Source: a virus. Taken from it: 64,000 bases of DNA. The stretch lies in the IMG/VR virus record IMGVR_UViG_3300028394_000042. One strand, given 5' to 3'. Below, piece after piece: positions 48,580-59,324 of this stretch (positions within the stretch are counted from its first letter, which is position 1; each line of letters starts with the position of its first letter). A model generated the notes under the pieces. It searched no databases and was not told the DNA's origin. It was given only the letters and a program-made list of their open reading frames with translations. The translations under genes were made by a program, and so were the position numbers.

Positions 48580-49044
48580 TCATTCCTCTACGCCAAAGGT
48601 GTCAATGTGGGCTAAGCGAGCGGCGTAAAACTCCGCAACAGCCCCGGCTACTTCTTCAAATCGCCGTTCGATCTCTGGAATGATAGTAGCCTCGAACACT
48701 TTCATAACGGTCTTTTTGTATTTTGCAAGCGCCGCCGTGGAGTACTTGGCTGCGCGTGCTTTTTCGGCGCCTTCTCTAATCGCTGGACTTGCGTCGAGCA
48801 GTAGCTGCAAGAACGCTGGGCACACGAAGTCGATTGTGTGCCCGTAGGTTTGCCGCACTTCAATTGGCGCAGCGACGCTGAACATGCCGTTGCCGGGCCA
48901 TATGTCGCCGGGTTTTGAGTCGGACGTCGGGTACCGCAATTTTCCCAGCGCCCAACCATACGCGGCGGCATCGTCGTTCGGCTCTTCCATACGGAACTTG
49001 GGCTTACGCTTTTCTATCGGCGTGTCGAGTTTTGCTTTTCGCAT
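48580..49044 (-). CDS. hypothetical protein
   Basis: Coupled ORF. Confidence 0.55.
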   Translation of the reverse strand: MRKAKLDTPIEKRKPKFRMEEPNDDAAAYGWALGKLRYPTSDSKPGDIWPGNGMFSVAAPIEVRQTYGHTIDFVCPAFLQLLLDASPAIREGAEKARAAKYSTAALAKYKKTVMKVFEATIIPEIERRFEEVAGAVAEFYAARLAHIDTFGVEE

Positions 49045-49068
49045 TTGTTTGATAGCTAAGGAAAACGG

Positions 49069-49163
49069 GGCACGTTAACGCACTGGCCGTGTAACCGGGA
49101 GCACACAATACACCCCGGTAAGGGGGCGTAAAGGTGTCCCGGCTACACAGCCAGTGACGTGCC
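49069..49163 (-). ncRNA. long intergenic hairpin (about 95 nt)
   Basis: Nested stems GGCACGT/ACGTGCC, CACTGGC/GCCAGTG, GTGTA, CCGGGA, ACGCCCC; apparent mismatches become G-U pairs on the minus strand. Confidence 0.6.
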
Positions 49164-49166
49164 AGC

Positions 49167-49562
49167 TTACTGCAAGCTGGCGGAGCATGCCGCGTAAGCG
49201 GCGGAGCGGACAGACAACTCGATGTTGTCGTCCACTTTTCTGACAGCGCCATCGTCGTCGATGGTCGCCATCTCTCCCCGCAGCATAGCTGCGGTATAGT
49301 CGCTGTACCAGCGGGCCATTGGGCCGCGCAGGCCAGCAGCGGTGCGCTTGAGAACGCGCCGCCGGATGAACTCGGCACGGGCCCAGAATCCTTCGATTCT
49401 GTTCAGGCCGCGCGCCGATTTGCGCATCGTATCTTCAAATAACATGATCGCCTTTTCAGGGACGATCTGAAATTGTGGAGGTTGCTTATGCAACCGCCTG
49501 ACAACAGCCAGTTTGAGTCTGGCTGCCGGCTCCTTTATTGCGTGATGAGCAGAATCACGCAC
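49167..49562 (-). CDS. hypothetical protein
   Basis: AGGGAG RBS, GTG start. Confidence 0.5.
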   Translation of the reverse strand: MRDSAHHAIKEPAARLKLAVVRRLHKQPPQFQIVPEKAIMLFEDTMRKSARGLNRIEGFWARAEFIRRRVLKRTAAGLRGPMARWYSDYTAAMLRGEMATIDDDGAVRKVDDNIELSVRSAAYAACSASLQ

Positions 49563-49677
49563 GCGATACTCCCTTGTACGCAGGAAAGAGTGCTACCAAT
49601 ACGATGCAGTAGCGACATTAAATATGCCGTGTTTTTGCAAAGAATTTAGCGGCACTTTTGCGCGGGAGACAGCGCGA

Positions 49678-49980
49678 CTAGAAATTATGCTGCACGACTT
49701 GGCCGCTGGAGTTTGCGTACACGATGCGAATGTCGTCAGCGCCAAGCAGCTTTTTGAACTCGTTCTTTTTCTCTGTGCTCATGCTTGCTAGGCACGATTT
49801 AATTCGGGCCATCTCGCTGCGCTGCCGCTCCTGCTTTTTGTTTCCGCAAGAACCACACCCTGTACGGGACGTGTTAAAGATATCCCGCTTGTTCATGAAA
49901 CAAGGGATTGTCTCGGCAAACCGGGTGTCGCTAAGCAGTGTAATGATTGTGCTGTCTTCGATAACGACTGTTCTGGCCAT
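49678..49980 (-). CDS. hypothetical protein (CGSC)
   Basis: ORF at the end of the structural operon. Confidence 0.6.
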   Translation of the reverse strand: MARTVVIEDSTIITLLSDTRFAETIPCFMNKRDIFNTSRTGCGSCGNKKQERQRSEMARIKSCLASMSTEKKNEFKKLLGADDIRIVYANSSGQVVQHNF

Positions 49981-49995
49981 GATGCGCTCTCTTGT

Positions 49996-50511
49996 TTACT
50001 CGGGTGGAATACCGACCCACAGCTGCCCGCCCGGCAACAACGTGTCGGCTGTATCAAGCGCAGTTTTAAGCCGCTGCACGTCTTCTGCCACGTCAGCAAT
50101 AAACGCGTTTACCTCAGCCCGGGAACGCAGCAGCACGTCAACGTAGTCGAGCCGGAACCAAGCTGGGCGCACGTTCGGCAGCGGTTCGTCTTCTGGATAC
50201 TCTTCCAAATCAACCGGCGAGCACACATGATCGAACGCCCCGACGGCTGTGTTTGCGCCCGGCTTCATTGGCAGCATCAAGTACGCAAAGACTTTCGACG
50301 CCATTTCTGCGGCGTCAGTAGCTGTGATCCTGACGCGAATGCCGTCTGTCTCGCTGAAGTTGTACCGGCTCACAGTCCACGTTAACTTAATGCGCCGGCC
50401 GTTATCTGGTTGTGGCGGCGGTGGCGTAATGATCGGATTGTAGAAGTCCAGCCCGATGGCGTCCGGCAGTACGATAGTTCCGTCGAGTGGCTCTGGATCA
50501 CATGTCGACAT
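49996..50511 (-). CDS. hypothetical structural-region protein
   Basis: FDHVCSPVDLEEYP motif. Confidence 0.6.
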   Translation of the reverse strand: MSTCDPEPLDGTIVLPDAIGLDFYNPIITPPPPQPDNGRRIKLTWTVSRYNFSETDGIRVRITATDAAEMASKVFAYLMLPMKPGANTAVGAFDHVCSPVDLEEYPEDEPLPNVRPAWFRLDYVDVLLRSRAEVNAFIADVAEDVQRLKTALDTADTLLPGGQLWVGIPPE

Positions 50512-50518
50512 ACGGCAC

Positions 50519-50797
50519 CTACGGAGAAACGGGTAAAACGACGGCTGTGATGTTAACCGGCCCAACTGTATCGGCTGTCACGTAACCCAGCGCCAAGCCG
50601 TGTTCGTCTGTCAGTCCCGGTTGTTGAATTGTGACGCCCGCGCGGCTTGCCGAAAGTTGTGCTTGCCTGCCGGCGACGGGTTGGTCGTTGTGATCGCGCA
50701 GGCGGACTTTGACGACAGCTTGGTGCGTACCGTCTGCGGGCACGTGCGGACTAGACCCGTGAAGGATGCGCGAGTTAGCTGGTTGGACATTGCTCAT
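50519..50797 (-). CDS. Big-1/invasin-type Ig-like domain protein
   Basis: VPADG...VKVRLRD.NDQPVAG...TDEHG.A. Confidence 0.75.
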   Translation of the reverse strand: MSNVQPANSRILHGSSPHVPADGTHQAVVKVRLRDHNDQPVAGRQAQLSASRAGVTIQQPGLTDEHGLALGYVTADTVGPVNITAVVLPVSP

Positions 50798-51159
50798 GGG
50801 AACACGTATCGGCGCAGCGAGTTAGTTCCGGGGTGGATGTAATGTATTGTAACTCCTGTGTGCGCAATATCCTCAGCTTTCGCCACGTACCGGATAAACT
50901 GCTGCACTGTTTCAGGCTCTGTCTGGCGCGCTGCTTCAAGCCTGTCGAGTAGCGCCATAATTGCGTTTGTGAGCAGCGACGTGTCTGCGCGGCACCTACA
51001 GCCAGCTTTTTTGGCCGACTCGTAGAACGCGGCAAGGCTGGACGCGGCGAGGGGCTGGATATCTACAAGTGCTTGATTGCGCGTGAAAAAGTCCGGCTGC
51101 TCAAACATGTTGATGATGTTGTCGCGGCTAATCGAGACCATGCGTGTGATCGTGGCCAT
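50794..51159 (-). CDS. hypothetical protein (GCRC)
   Basis: Coupled ORF. Confidence 0.55.
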   Translation of the reverse strand: MATITRMVSISRDNIINMFEQPDFFTRNQALVDIQPLAASSLAAFYESAKKAGCRCRADTSLLTNAIMALLDRLEAARQTEPETVQQFIRYVAKAEDIAHTGVTIHYIHPGTNSLRRYVFP

Positions 51160-51180
51160 GCCGAGTTCCTTTAGTTATCT

Positions 51181-51825
51181 TTACGCGCTGGCTGCCGCCT
51201 TAATCGCCGCCCGCAGCGCTGTGTTTGTCTGTAGTTCACTGATAAGTAGCGCAACTGTCAACTCGCCTTGTACGCCAGTAGCCCCCGGCGGGCCACACGC
51301 GCCAGTGGCGCCAGCCACGCCAGTCACGCCTATCAAGCCAGACGGCCCGACAGGCCCGGTTATGCCGCGCGGCCCGCTAGGCCCACTAGGTCCAGTTGCG
51401 CCTGTAGCGCCAGCTGCGCCAACGGGCCCAGAGACACCGCGTAAACCAGACGGGCCTTGCCTGCCTGCGTTACCTGTAATCCCAGTCATGCCAGTAGGCC
51501 CAGCAGAACCAGCCGGGCCAGATTGGCCTGTCAAACCGCTTGGACCAACTTCGCCGCGCAGCCCGCTGATACCGGGAATGCCGCTTGGGCCAGATAACCC
51601 GCGCAAACCAGACGGCCCGCTAGGTCCACTTGGTCCACTGGGGCCACTGGGGCCTTGAGTTCCTTGTGGCCCCTGTTTGCCGGTTAAGCCAGACGGCCCC
51701 GCTATGCCCGGGTCGCCCTGCGGCCCCGGCGGCCCCTCTGGGCAGATGCCACAGTTGTTAAGCTCTGTTACAGCCATCGGCGTGCCGACGTACTGGACAA
51801 ACTCTACAGGATGCTTGTCGGCCAT
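51181..51825 (-). CDS. collagen-like (Gly-X-Y) fibre protein
   Basis: Long uninterrupted GXY run; C-terminus ISELQTN..LRAAI shared with the upstream gene. Confidence 0.85.
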   Translation of the reverse strand: MADKHPVEFVQYVGTPMAVTELNNCGICPEGPPGPQGDPGIAGPSGLTGKQGPQGTQGPSGPSGPSGPSGPSGLRGLSGPSGIPGISGLRGEVGPSGLTGQSGPAGSAGPTGMTGITGNAGRQGPSGLRGVSGPVGAAGATGATGPSGPSGPRGITGPVGPSGLIGVTGVAGATGACGPPGATGVQGELTVALLISELQTNTALRAAIKAAASA

Positions 51826-51826
51826 G

Positions 51827-54800
51827 TTATGTACTCACGATAGCGAGAATAGCGGCGCGTAAAGTAGGGTTTGTTTGCAGCTGGCTGATAAACGCCGTCA
51901 TAAACGCTGCGTTGCCGGGTATATCACCGGGGTAGCCACTTGGCAGCACGCCAGTAGCACCCGGCGGGCCGCACGGCCCTGTGGCCCCTGTGTGGCCCAC
52001 GCCGGCCGTTCCGGGCACACCAGACACTCCAGACACCCCTCTGTCGCCCGTGGCGCCACGCGGGCCTGTAGGGCCTGTAGCGCCCGTAAAACCGGCCGGT
52101 CCTTGGGTGCCAGCTACGCCGGGAAGCCCCTGTAAGCCCCGGGCGCCAGAAATACCGCGCAAGCCAGATACGCCGTTCGTGCCAGCGTCGCCTTTATCGC
52201 CCTTTGCGCCTGTATCGCCCTTTGCTCCAGCGTCACCAGTTTTTGTGAACGACAACAAGCACTGCCCGGTGAACAATCCTGCCGCCGCGGGTATGTTTGC
52301 CGGATTTGCCTGCGTTACGTAATTTACCGCCAGCTCGTAGTAGTTGCTGTGGTTTGTAGCGCCAGCCACGTTATAGATAACAAAACCGGGGGCTTGCGTA
52401 GCCGCGAATGTCGGCGTCGAGACAGTGAGCGTGCCTTTGATGGCACTAGAGCTAGCTGCGAAGTTAGCCAGCCACAGATCTACACCAATACTGTCGGCGG
52501 CGGTCGTGCTGATGTACACAGCCGTAGTTGTAGCGACGTCTGCGCCACTGAAGTTGATTTTGCCACCGCCCGGGTTGCCTGCTCCCTGCGAGAACAATCC
52601 GTAAGTGAATCGGATTGAGTCGCCGCCGTAATTTCCAGACATTCCGGTTACGCCCGGCAGGCCCTGCACACCAGTTTCGCCTGTCAAACCAGTGGGGCCA
52701 GTCATACCTGTGGGGCCGGTTTTACCAGTCAGCCCGGAAGGCCCTACCGCGCCGCGGTCGCCGGTGTTGCCTTTGGCGCCAGTTACGCCGCGGTCGCCCG
52801 TGCAGCCTGTAGCACCTGTTGCGCCGGCGCGGCCCGGCGCGCCTACGCCCGTCGCGCCAGTTGCGCCTGTTACGCCTACGCCAGTTGCGCCAGCTGGGCC
52901 AGATGGGCCGGATGGTCCGCGCTCACCTTCTACACCGTCAGCTCCGTTTTGGCCAGCCTGTCCCGGTATGCCAGTTGGGCCGCGCAACCCAGTCGGGCCC
53001 GCTGGGCCGGCAATCCCGCGGTCACCTTGCGGGCCGTCTGGTCCTTGCGGCCCAGTTGGGCCTGTGGGGCCTTCGGGTCCGGTTGGGCCGCTGCCGCTGC
53101 CACCAGAACTAGACGAGCTACTCCCAGAGCATGTTGCAACTTCCAGTTCAATCAACGCGGTTAGTTTTGTGTCTTTGCCGGCTGGGGTGAAAGTGAATTT
53201 GCCAGAACCTACTTGTTTGCCATCAGCTTTAACAACGATTCCGCCGTTGTCGCTGACCAACTGCGACATAGCAAACGTTTGCTTAACAGAGTACTGCGAA
53301 CATTCTGCCGACTGCGGATTAGTTTTTGTGATTTCTGTTTTTGTGCCATCAGCGCGAACTGGTGAGTAAGTTACTTGCCCGCCCCAGCTAACATCAACAT
53401 CAACTTTTGTTGGTTCTGGCGTAAATGTTAAACAATCTGTCAGTGCGCCAATACGCAAGTCCTGTGAGATCACGTACTCGCACGTGTCGATTTGCCTGAT
53501 AGATATGTAGCCGTAACCTTTGGACCCGTTGTTGATATATTGCGGACCAACGTCCACAGACGACGAACCTTGATCAAAGTTGAATTTCAGGTTTTGGCAT
53601 GGCCGCGGAATCGTCAAGTCCATCTGGATGCCAAAACTACACTCGTTGCTATTTACGTCGATTGCCGACATAGAGCCGGTTGCGTACGTATTGCCGTATT
53701 CATCTTTTACGTAGATGTAACCGCCGCTAAACGTCGTGCATTTAGGCGTTGGCAGAAACAGCTCAAGGCCGAGCTGGAAATCAAACAAGCACTGGCCGTT
53801 CTCACCGCTACCGACGTTGCCGCCCGATACAGTGAAGTACCCACGAGGCTCGTTGCTTTCGTAGATGCTTACCTCGCCGGATCGCATGTAGATAACAGGG
53901 CACGCAATCTGCGGGATTGGAATATCGATAAACGTGTCAAACAGGAACGTACACGTACCGGGGTCTGTACATGTAGCCGGTGTACTGCGTGTGCGCAGGT
54001 CAAACCGGCTTCGGCTTGTGAAGTCTCCGTTTTGCGGTACTTGCCGAGTTTGCGCTGTACCGGTGTATGTAATGTCCGGGCATTTAGGCGTCGGTACAGG
54101 TATGACCAGATCTAGTGTGATTTCAAAGTCGCACGTGTCGGGTACGTCGCAACCATTACCCGGGGTTACCACGCGCACAATGTTGAACTGGCTGGTGCGG
54201 TTGCTGACGCAGGACGTACCAGCGTAACCCACAGTCGTTGTGAACGACTTGCTTTGTATGTCGATACAGGGCGGCACAGGAATGGGGACGACAATCTCTA
54301 GGTCAATATCAAACGCGCACGTTGGAATACTGCAGTCGTCGGTAGGTATCTTCGACGCTGTGATTGTGAACTTGTTGCTGGCGTCTTCTACGCACGGCGA
54401 ATTGGCATAGCCGGAGTTCACCGCAAACGTCTTAACGTTGATCTGCGGGCAAGGCGGTTCTGGAATCGGGATGTTGAGGCGTAGATCTAGAGCAAAATCG
54501 CAACGCAGCTCTGAGTTGCAATCAAGCGGGTCTGGCGGCGGGTGGTTTACCGTAAGCGTCGACACAGAGCCGACCATGCAGCTTTCCCAACCCACTGTCT
54601 GCTGTACTGGCAAGACGGATATCGACGGGCAGGCAGGCGGAGGAATGGGAATGACCAGATCAAGATTGAGTTCAAACTCGCATGACTTCTGGTTGGTGCA
54701 GTCAATGCTCGGGTCTAGTTCAACGTAGTTAGCGCTGACCCACTGGTAGCTCTTAGCGTGCGTCAGATCTACGTAGATAATTCCGTCTACGCCAATTTCT

Positions 54801-55897
54801 GGAAAATCGGTAAGTGATTCGTACTCGCGGCGGTTTGACGTTGACGTGACCGTAAACGTTGACGCGCGTTGCACACACGATGACCCCGCGTAGCCAACTG
54901 TTACAGCCGGGCTGTTTGCGTTGATACTGGGACACGGTGGCCGCGGGATCGGCACTACAAGATCGAGGTTTAAGTCGAATGCGCACGCGTCTGTGTCCGG
55001 CACGCGATCCATCGTGAGCGTCGATTCGCGGTCAACACACGCGCTGCCGGTATAGCCAGACGTGACAGATAGCGTTGGCGGGTTGATCGTCGGGCATTCT
55101 GGCAACGGAACTGGTATGACAATTTCTATTTTGAGGTCGAACTCGCAAGGCTTGAGCTGGTTGCAGTTCTCGCTTGGCGCCAGCTCAGTTGCGGCGTACG
55201 TTGCTAACTCAGGCTGCCAGAAGTACACAGCGCTATCGGCAAGATAGAAAGTATCTGTAGCGCCTGTAGTCGGCAGCTGCCCAAAAGTATTTGAGGCCAC
55301 TACGGTGGTTGTGTCGTTAAGCTCGTATGCAGTGCCAGTCCACTTATATGCGGCAAGTCCGTCGATGTCGATGTAATCTACAGCGTCATCGCCTGTAGCT
55401 GGGAAGTTCGCCGTTGTGACGTATTGCTGCGCGTATTTTGTCACGCGCGGGGCAACAACGAATATCGACGGCCGCTGAACAGCTTCTGAGTTTTCGTAGC
55501 CAGTGATAACCGTGACGCCGGTAGTGTTGATGATCGGGCACGGCGGTTTCGGGATCGGCACAGCCAGATCAAAATTGAAGTCGTATTTACACGGATCTAC
55601 GTCAACTTTGGCGAGCGTCAGAATAGCGGAGGGCTCAGTGGGGATACCGCACCGCGCAGCCTCCGACGCGCCAGTTGGAGCGTACCCAGCCACAATGCTG
55701 GACGTAATCGAGAACTCGGGGCAATTTATGCCAACGTCTGTGAAAATATCGCGCGGCACGTTGGGCAGCGCGCAGTTGTAGATCGGCTTCGGCAGCGGAG
55801 TGATATTGCAGACGTCGAGCTGGATGAAGTCGAAATCGACTTTATCTACTGGCTCAATGTCGCACTGCGTATTGCTAGCAAATAAATTTTCGGCCAT
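51827..55897 (-). CDS. large tail fibre/appendage protein with about 10 Cys-Pro repeats and two collagen segments
   Basis: C.FD..L.IPIP.P.CP.I repeats; FP.TG..Y..W motifs; GXY tracts. Confidence 0.8.
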   Translation of the reverse strand: MAENLFASNTQCDIEPVDKVDFDFIQLDVCNITPLPKPIYNCALPNVPRDIFTDVGINCPEFSITSSIVAGYAPTGASEAARCGIPTEPSAILTLAKVDVDPCKYDFNFDLAVPIPKPPCPIINTTGVTVITGYENSEAVQRPSIFVVAPRVTKYAQQYVTTANFPATGDDAVDYIDIDGLAAYKWTGTAYELNDTTTVVASNTFGQLPTTGATDTFYLADSAVYFWQPELATYAATELAPSENCNQLKPCEFDLKIEIVIPVPLPECPTINPPTLSVTSGYTGSACVDRESTLTMDRVPDTDACAFDLNLDLVVPIPRPPCPSINANSPAVTVGYAGSSCVQRASTFTVTSTSNRREYESLTDFPEIGVDGIIYVDLTHAKSYQWVSANYVELDPSIDCTNQKSCEFELNLDLVIPIPPPACPSISVLPVQQTVGWESCMVGSVSTLTVNHPPPDPLDCNSELRCDFALDLRLNIPIPEPPCPQINVKTFAVNSGYANSPCVEDASNKFTITASKIPTDDCSIPTCAFDIDLEIVVPIPVPPCIDIQSKSFTTTVGYAGTSCVSNRTSQFNIVRVVTPGNGCDVPDTCDFEITLDLVIPVPTPKCPDITYTGTAQTRQVPQNGDFTSRSRFDLRTRSTPATCTDPGTCTFLFDTFIDIPIPQIACPVIYMRSGEVSIYESNEPRGYFTVSGGNVGSGENGQCLFDFQLGLELFLPTPKCTTFSGGYIYVKDEYGNTYATGSMSAIDVNSNECSFGIQMDLTIPRPCQNLKFNFDQGSSSVDVGPQYINNGSKGYGYISIRQIDTCEYVISQDLRIGALTDCLTFTPEPTKVDVDVSWGGQVTYSPVRADGTKTEITKTNPQSAECSQYSVKQTFAMSQLVSDNGGIVVKADGKQVGSGKFTFTPAGKDTKLTALIELEVATCSGSSSSSSGGSGSGPTGPEGPTGPTGPQGPDGPQGDRGIAGPAGPTGLRGPTGIPGQAGQNGADGVEGERGPSGPSGPAGATGVGVTGATGATGVGAPGRAGATGATGCTGDRGVTGAKGNTGDRGAVGPSGLTGKTGPTGMTGPTGLTGETGVQGLPGVTGMSGNYGGDSIRFTYGLFSQGAGNPGGGKINFSGADVATTTAVYISTTAADSIGVDLWLANFAASSSAIKGTLTVSTPTFAATQAPGFVIYNVAGATNHSNYYELAVNYVTQANPANIPAAAGLFTGQCLLSFTKTGDAGAKGDTGAKGDKGDAGTNGVSGLRGISGARGLQGLPGVAGTQGPAGFTGATGPTGPRGATGDRGVSGVSGVPGTAGVGHTGATGPCGPPGATGVLPSGYPGDIPGNAAFMTAFISQLQTNPTLRAAILAIVST

Positions 55898-55899
55898 GG

Positions 55900-56844
55900 T
55901 TACGTCGTAGGTTGTGCGCAGGCAGAAGATGGGGCGGCTGTTACGGCTATGCTGCTTTGATTATCGACGGTTTGCACGGTGATTGTCACCCCTGTTCCGC
56001 CGATAATGTTTTGTTGGCTGCCACTGACTCCGTTGATGGTCGTAATTAACTCGCTACACGCCGGGCCACCGCTGTAGAAACCGGTAACGGTGTCGTACGG
56101 CTCGTCTGGGTAGAGCGGTATCTCGCCGCCGTGGGCGCAGAGTGCAGCGTCCTGTGGCGCGCCGGCCCCGACCGCTGCCGATATAGACAGGTTGTTTGCC
56201 CTGTCTGTTTGCGTAATCTGGCAGTTGTAGCCTTCTTTGAGCCGGATGTCGCCTTTCATACAGCGGGCGTTAACAATGATTGATTTGTACGGCACGAGTC
56301 CAGCTGAGTCGCAGTCTGGTACGCGCGTCCGGTCGTAGTTACCTACGCTGATAGAGCGCAGGTAAGCTTTGGCTAGGCTTTGAATACGGCCCGGCTCAAT
56401 CTTGTAGTCGGTACTGCCAAACGTGAACTCGTTCCCGTTGGCAAGAAGTTCATCTTTAAGTTCACACAGTGGCCCAGTCACTAGGAAGCCGCGCCAACTG
56501 GGTTCTTCGGCGCAGTTTGTTTCGTTGTAGCCACTGATAGTTGCGGCGTCGGCGTACTCGATCAGCCACTCTGGGTTGACGCAGTCGTCAGGAATAGGCC
56601 GGGAGAATGTAAGCGTAGCGGCAGTAGCGTTAGTCTTGAATACGAACACAAAGTCTGTGGCCGTGAGCGAAATACTGTGCAGCCAGATGCTGTGCGCGCT
56701 GAAGTCGAAATTGATATCTAAACCCATCACGAACCCGGCATCTACGACAACGCTATTTGGTATCGTTGTAGCTGGCGGAACGGGAGTGTAGATGAACGGA
56801 TACGCTCGGTATTCGTTGTCGTTGTAGAAACCGGGTTGCGGCAT
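55900..56844 (-). CDS. tail/baseplate-associated protein
   Basis: N..RAYPF N-terminus and TINGV motif shared with neighbours. Confidence 0.6.
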   Translation of the reverse strand: MPQPGFYNDNEYRAYPFIYTPVPPATTIPNSVVVDAGFVMGLDINFDFSAHSIWLHSISLTATDFVFVFKTNATAATLTFSRPIPDDCVNPEWLIEYADAATISGYNETNCAEEPSWRGFLVTGPLCELKDELLANGNEFTFGSTDYKIEPGRIQSLAKAYLRSISVGNYDRTRVPDCDSAGLVPYKSIIVNARCMKGDIRLKEGYNCQITQTDRANNLSISAAVGAGAPQDAALCAHGGEIPLYPDEPYDTVTGFYSGGPACSELITTINGVSGSQQNIIGGTGVTITVQTVDNQSSIAVTAAPSSACAQPTT

Positions 56845-57605
56845 TACAGCACACTCCTGCCCACAGAAGAAATAACAATAGCGTCGTTTTCTTGGTAGAT
56901 CCGCAGCACAGTGTCGGTGCCGGTGGCTGTGATGGTGAAATTGCCAAACTCGTCTGGCGGCACGTTGTTAATTGTCTTCAGGTAGCGCGGCGCCGGGGCA
57001 GAACTGCCGGGCGCGTTACACAGACTGCGCTTGAACAGCGGGTTGCCGACAATGTCTACCCGGATTACGTTGTCGCCTTCTTTGCGCAGCACAACGCCCT
57101 GATCGCCAACCAGCCAGATGTCGCCATACAGCGTGCGTCCTGTGTCAGCGTCTGTTATGCCGCGAACGCCGGGTTCGTTAGCCGGTATGACCACGCTGCT
57201 GACAAACTCAGTCGCTTTGGCCGTGAACGTGTATGTCCCGATGTCCCATGTGGTAAAGCTGGCCAGATTGTTAGCCAGAAGCATGCCAGCTGGGCGCCCG
57301 TATGCGTCTGTAAATGGCAAGACACCATCTGCCGGCGGGTCGAACGTGCCGTACGAGGCTGTAATCAGAAAGGCGCTGTTTGCATCGCCGATTGTGACGG
57401 TTACGTTTTGCGCGCTAACGACTACAGCCGAGATATACAGCTTGCCGACAGACCGGATAGGGAAGAGCGATGCGTCGATAAACGTGTCCCCGCCAATAGC
57501 GACTTTGCCTGAAGTTGATTTCAGGGTGGCGTTGTCGGCAAACGGGTACTTGGAGTCTTGCTGCTCGTCACGGAACTGCGGGTAAAGTATGCGCGCGCTT
57601 GTCAT
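56844..57605 (-). CDS. tail/baseplate-associated protein
   Basis: KYPF, TINNVPPDEFGNF. Confidence 0.6.
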   Translation of the reverse strand: MTSARILYPQFRDEQQDSKYPFADNATLKSTSGKVAIGGDTFIDASLFPIRSVGKLYISAVVVSAQNVTVTIGDANSAFLITASYGTFDPPADGVLPFTDAYGRPAGMLLANNLASFTTWDIGTYTFTAKATEFVSSVVIPANEPGVRGITDADTGRTLYGDIWLVGDQGVVLRKEGDNVIRVDIVGNPLFKRSLCNAPGSSAPAPRYLKTINNVPPDEFGNFTITATGTDTVLRIYQENDAIVISSVGRSVL

Positions 57606-57608
57606 GCT

Positions 57609-59321
57609 TTACTCCACTGTAAATTTGTTGAAGAACGTCAGCGACTGGTTGGAGAACAATCCAACCATACCAGTCAGGCTACCCGGGTTTAAAATCGTGG
57701 CTACGCCCGAAACTTGATTCGCGCCAGAGAGCTCTTCTGCGGCGTACTGCACGTCTACATTGCTGCCGTTCAGAATCATCGTGGCGGATAACGTGTACCA
57801 AGTGTTGGTTTTAACCGGCACAGCTGTATGCGCCTCTTCGACAAAAGAACTGCCGGTGTAACGCAGCACCCGGATACGGCCCCGGATAGCGTCAAGCTGC
57901 ACGGCCAGATATGTCGTAGTGATTGAAAGCGTCTGCGGGTTTTGCGTCTGCACGTAATTCAGGATAAGCCCGCCGTTTCGTGCAACGCCGTCTGCGCTGA
58001 TTTTCAACTGCAGCGATATTTTGTGCCCGTACGCCCAGTCAGTCGGGCAGTTTTTTAACACAGCCAAATTGACTGCGCCGGTACCAGTAGTCGTGTACGT
58101 TTGGTGGCTTGTGTACTCTTCGACAGTCGCGTCACACAGGGCAGGCGCGTCTGTGTAGCGCACGTCAAAGAAACCCTGCCGTTGCGCAAAATACTCTTCC
58201 GGGTAGCACGAGGCAAACCCGATGCACAGCGGTAAAGTCAGGCATGTGTAATCTGTAGTCGGCAGCGTTTCGTTAACAACCACGTCAATGGCTGTGGTGG
58301 GATCTGGCCAGCAGTAAGCGTCTAGTGCGTCTGCTTGTTGGTAAGCAGGCGGCGTAGCTGCTGGATTCCAGTCATACGAAAAGTTAGTGTCCAGCGCGAC
58401 GTACAGATATTGCGGGTCGCCAGTAGCCGGAAAAGCCTCAAAGCTGCTGTAGGCCCGTGTTGTCTTGCCGTCAGGTTTGCAGCACGCGTCTTGAAACGCT
58501 TGCGGCTGTTTAAGCTGATTTGCCGTGCATAGGTCAGTAAGCGTGGCGTCCGTGAGTAGATTTATGCCGCCCGTGAACTGCTCTTGATTGAAGTTGAACG
58601 CAATATTGATGTTGCCATTGCAGTCTGGCTCAATACCGTTTAGCGTCATAATCGGCTGCTTCGGGCATGTGCCGCTTTCAGGGCGCTGGCTGCAAGGGCC
58701 CAAGAACTCCGTCAGCGGGTTGTAGGCTGTCGTGATCTGAGCGCTGTCGAGCCTGAACACAATCGCTGGATATACTGTGCCGTCGTATTCAATGGGTTCG
58801 TATGTCGCTGTTACAGGAGTAGACGCCGCCATGGTGACAACACCCTGCAGCGCCGTTCCGACGTTCAACTTGCCAATAGACGGCACGGGCAAGGGCTTGT
58901 AGGGCTGGGCGCAACGTGGCTGTATCAGTGTCTGCGTGGGCTGTGTATAGCGCCCGGCAAAAGTCTCAGTCAGCCCCGGGCCAAATACAACCCAGCCAGA
59001 TACGCCGGGTTGCAGGGCCGTGATCGCGTAGTTCACATAGCTGTTGATTGGTTTTGGAAGCGAGACAACAGCGACAGGTGTGCCCGACGTAGCAAGAATG
59101 TCGTTCACCGCGCCGAACAGCACAGTCACAATCCCAGCCGACACTGTTACGCCCTGCACATACAAGTAGCGCCCAATTGCTGCCGGGAACCGGATATTGC
59201 AGTCGACTAAGATATCATTACGCAGAAACGCGCCGGCATCGTCTACGCCTGTACTTGACTCGTCAAGCGGGTAGCTCCGGTTGGCCTGCAGGTTGTACCA
59301 ATTTTGGTTGCGTACAGACAT
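57609..59321 (-). CDS. tail-associated protein with C-terminal lectin-like beta sandwich
   Basis: RSYPL, LNGIEPDCNGN, FPATG motif, NTWYTL...GMVGL. Confidence 0.6.
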   Translation of the reverse strand: MSVRNQNWYNLQANRSYPLDESSTGVDDAGAFLRNDILVDCNIRFPAAIGRYLYVQGVTVSAGIVTVLFGAVNDILATSGTPVAVVSLPKPINSYVNYAITALQPGVSGWVVFGPGLTETFAGRYTQPTQTLIQPRCAQPYKPLPVPSIGKLNVGTALQGVVTMAASTPVTATYEPIEYDGTVYPAIVFRLDSAQITTAYNPLTEFLGPCSQRPESGTCPKQPIMTLNGIEPDCNGNINIAFNFNQEQFTGGINLLTDATLTDLCTANQLKQPQAFQDACCKPDGKTTRAYSSFEAFPATGDPQYLYVALDTNFSYDWNPAATPPAYQQADALDAYCWPDPTTAIDVVVNETLPTTDYTCLTLPLCIGFASCYPEEYFAQRQGFFDVRYTDAPALCDATVEEYTSHQTYTTTGTGAVNLAVLKNCPTDWAYGHKISLQLKISADGVARNGGLILNYVQTQNPQTLSITTTYLAVQLDAIRGRIRVLRYTGSSFVEEAHTAVPVKTNTWYTLSATMILNGSNVDVQYAAEELSGANQVSGVATILNPGSLTGMVGLFSNQSLTFFNKFTVE

Positions 59322-59324
59322 GGT

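Noticed and set aside
49069-49163. SRP (4.5S) RNA
   Set aside because: Lacks the conserved CAGG...GNRA...AGCA helix-8 motif.
51077-53369. Plus-strand Pro-rich ORFs (51077-51658, 51981-52322, 52692-53369)
   Set aside because: Antisense shadows of the collagen GXY codons.
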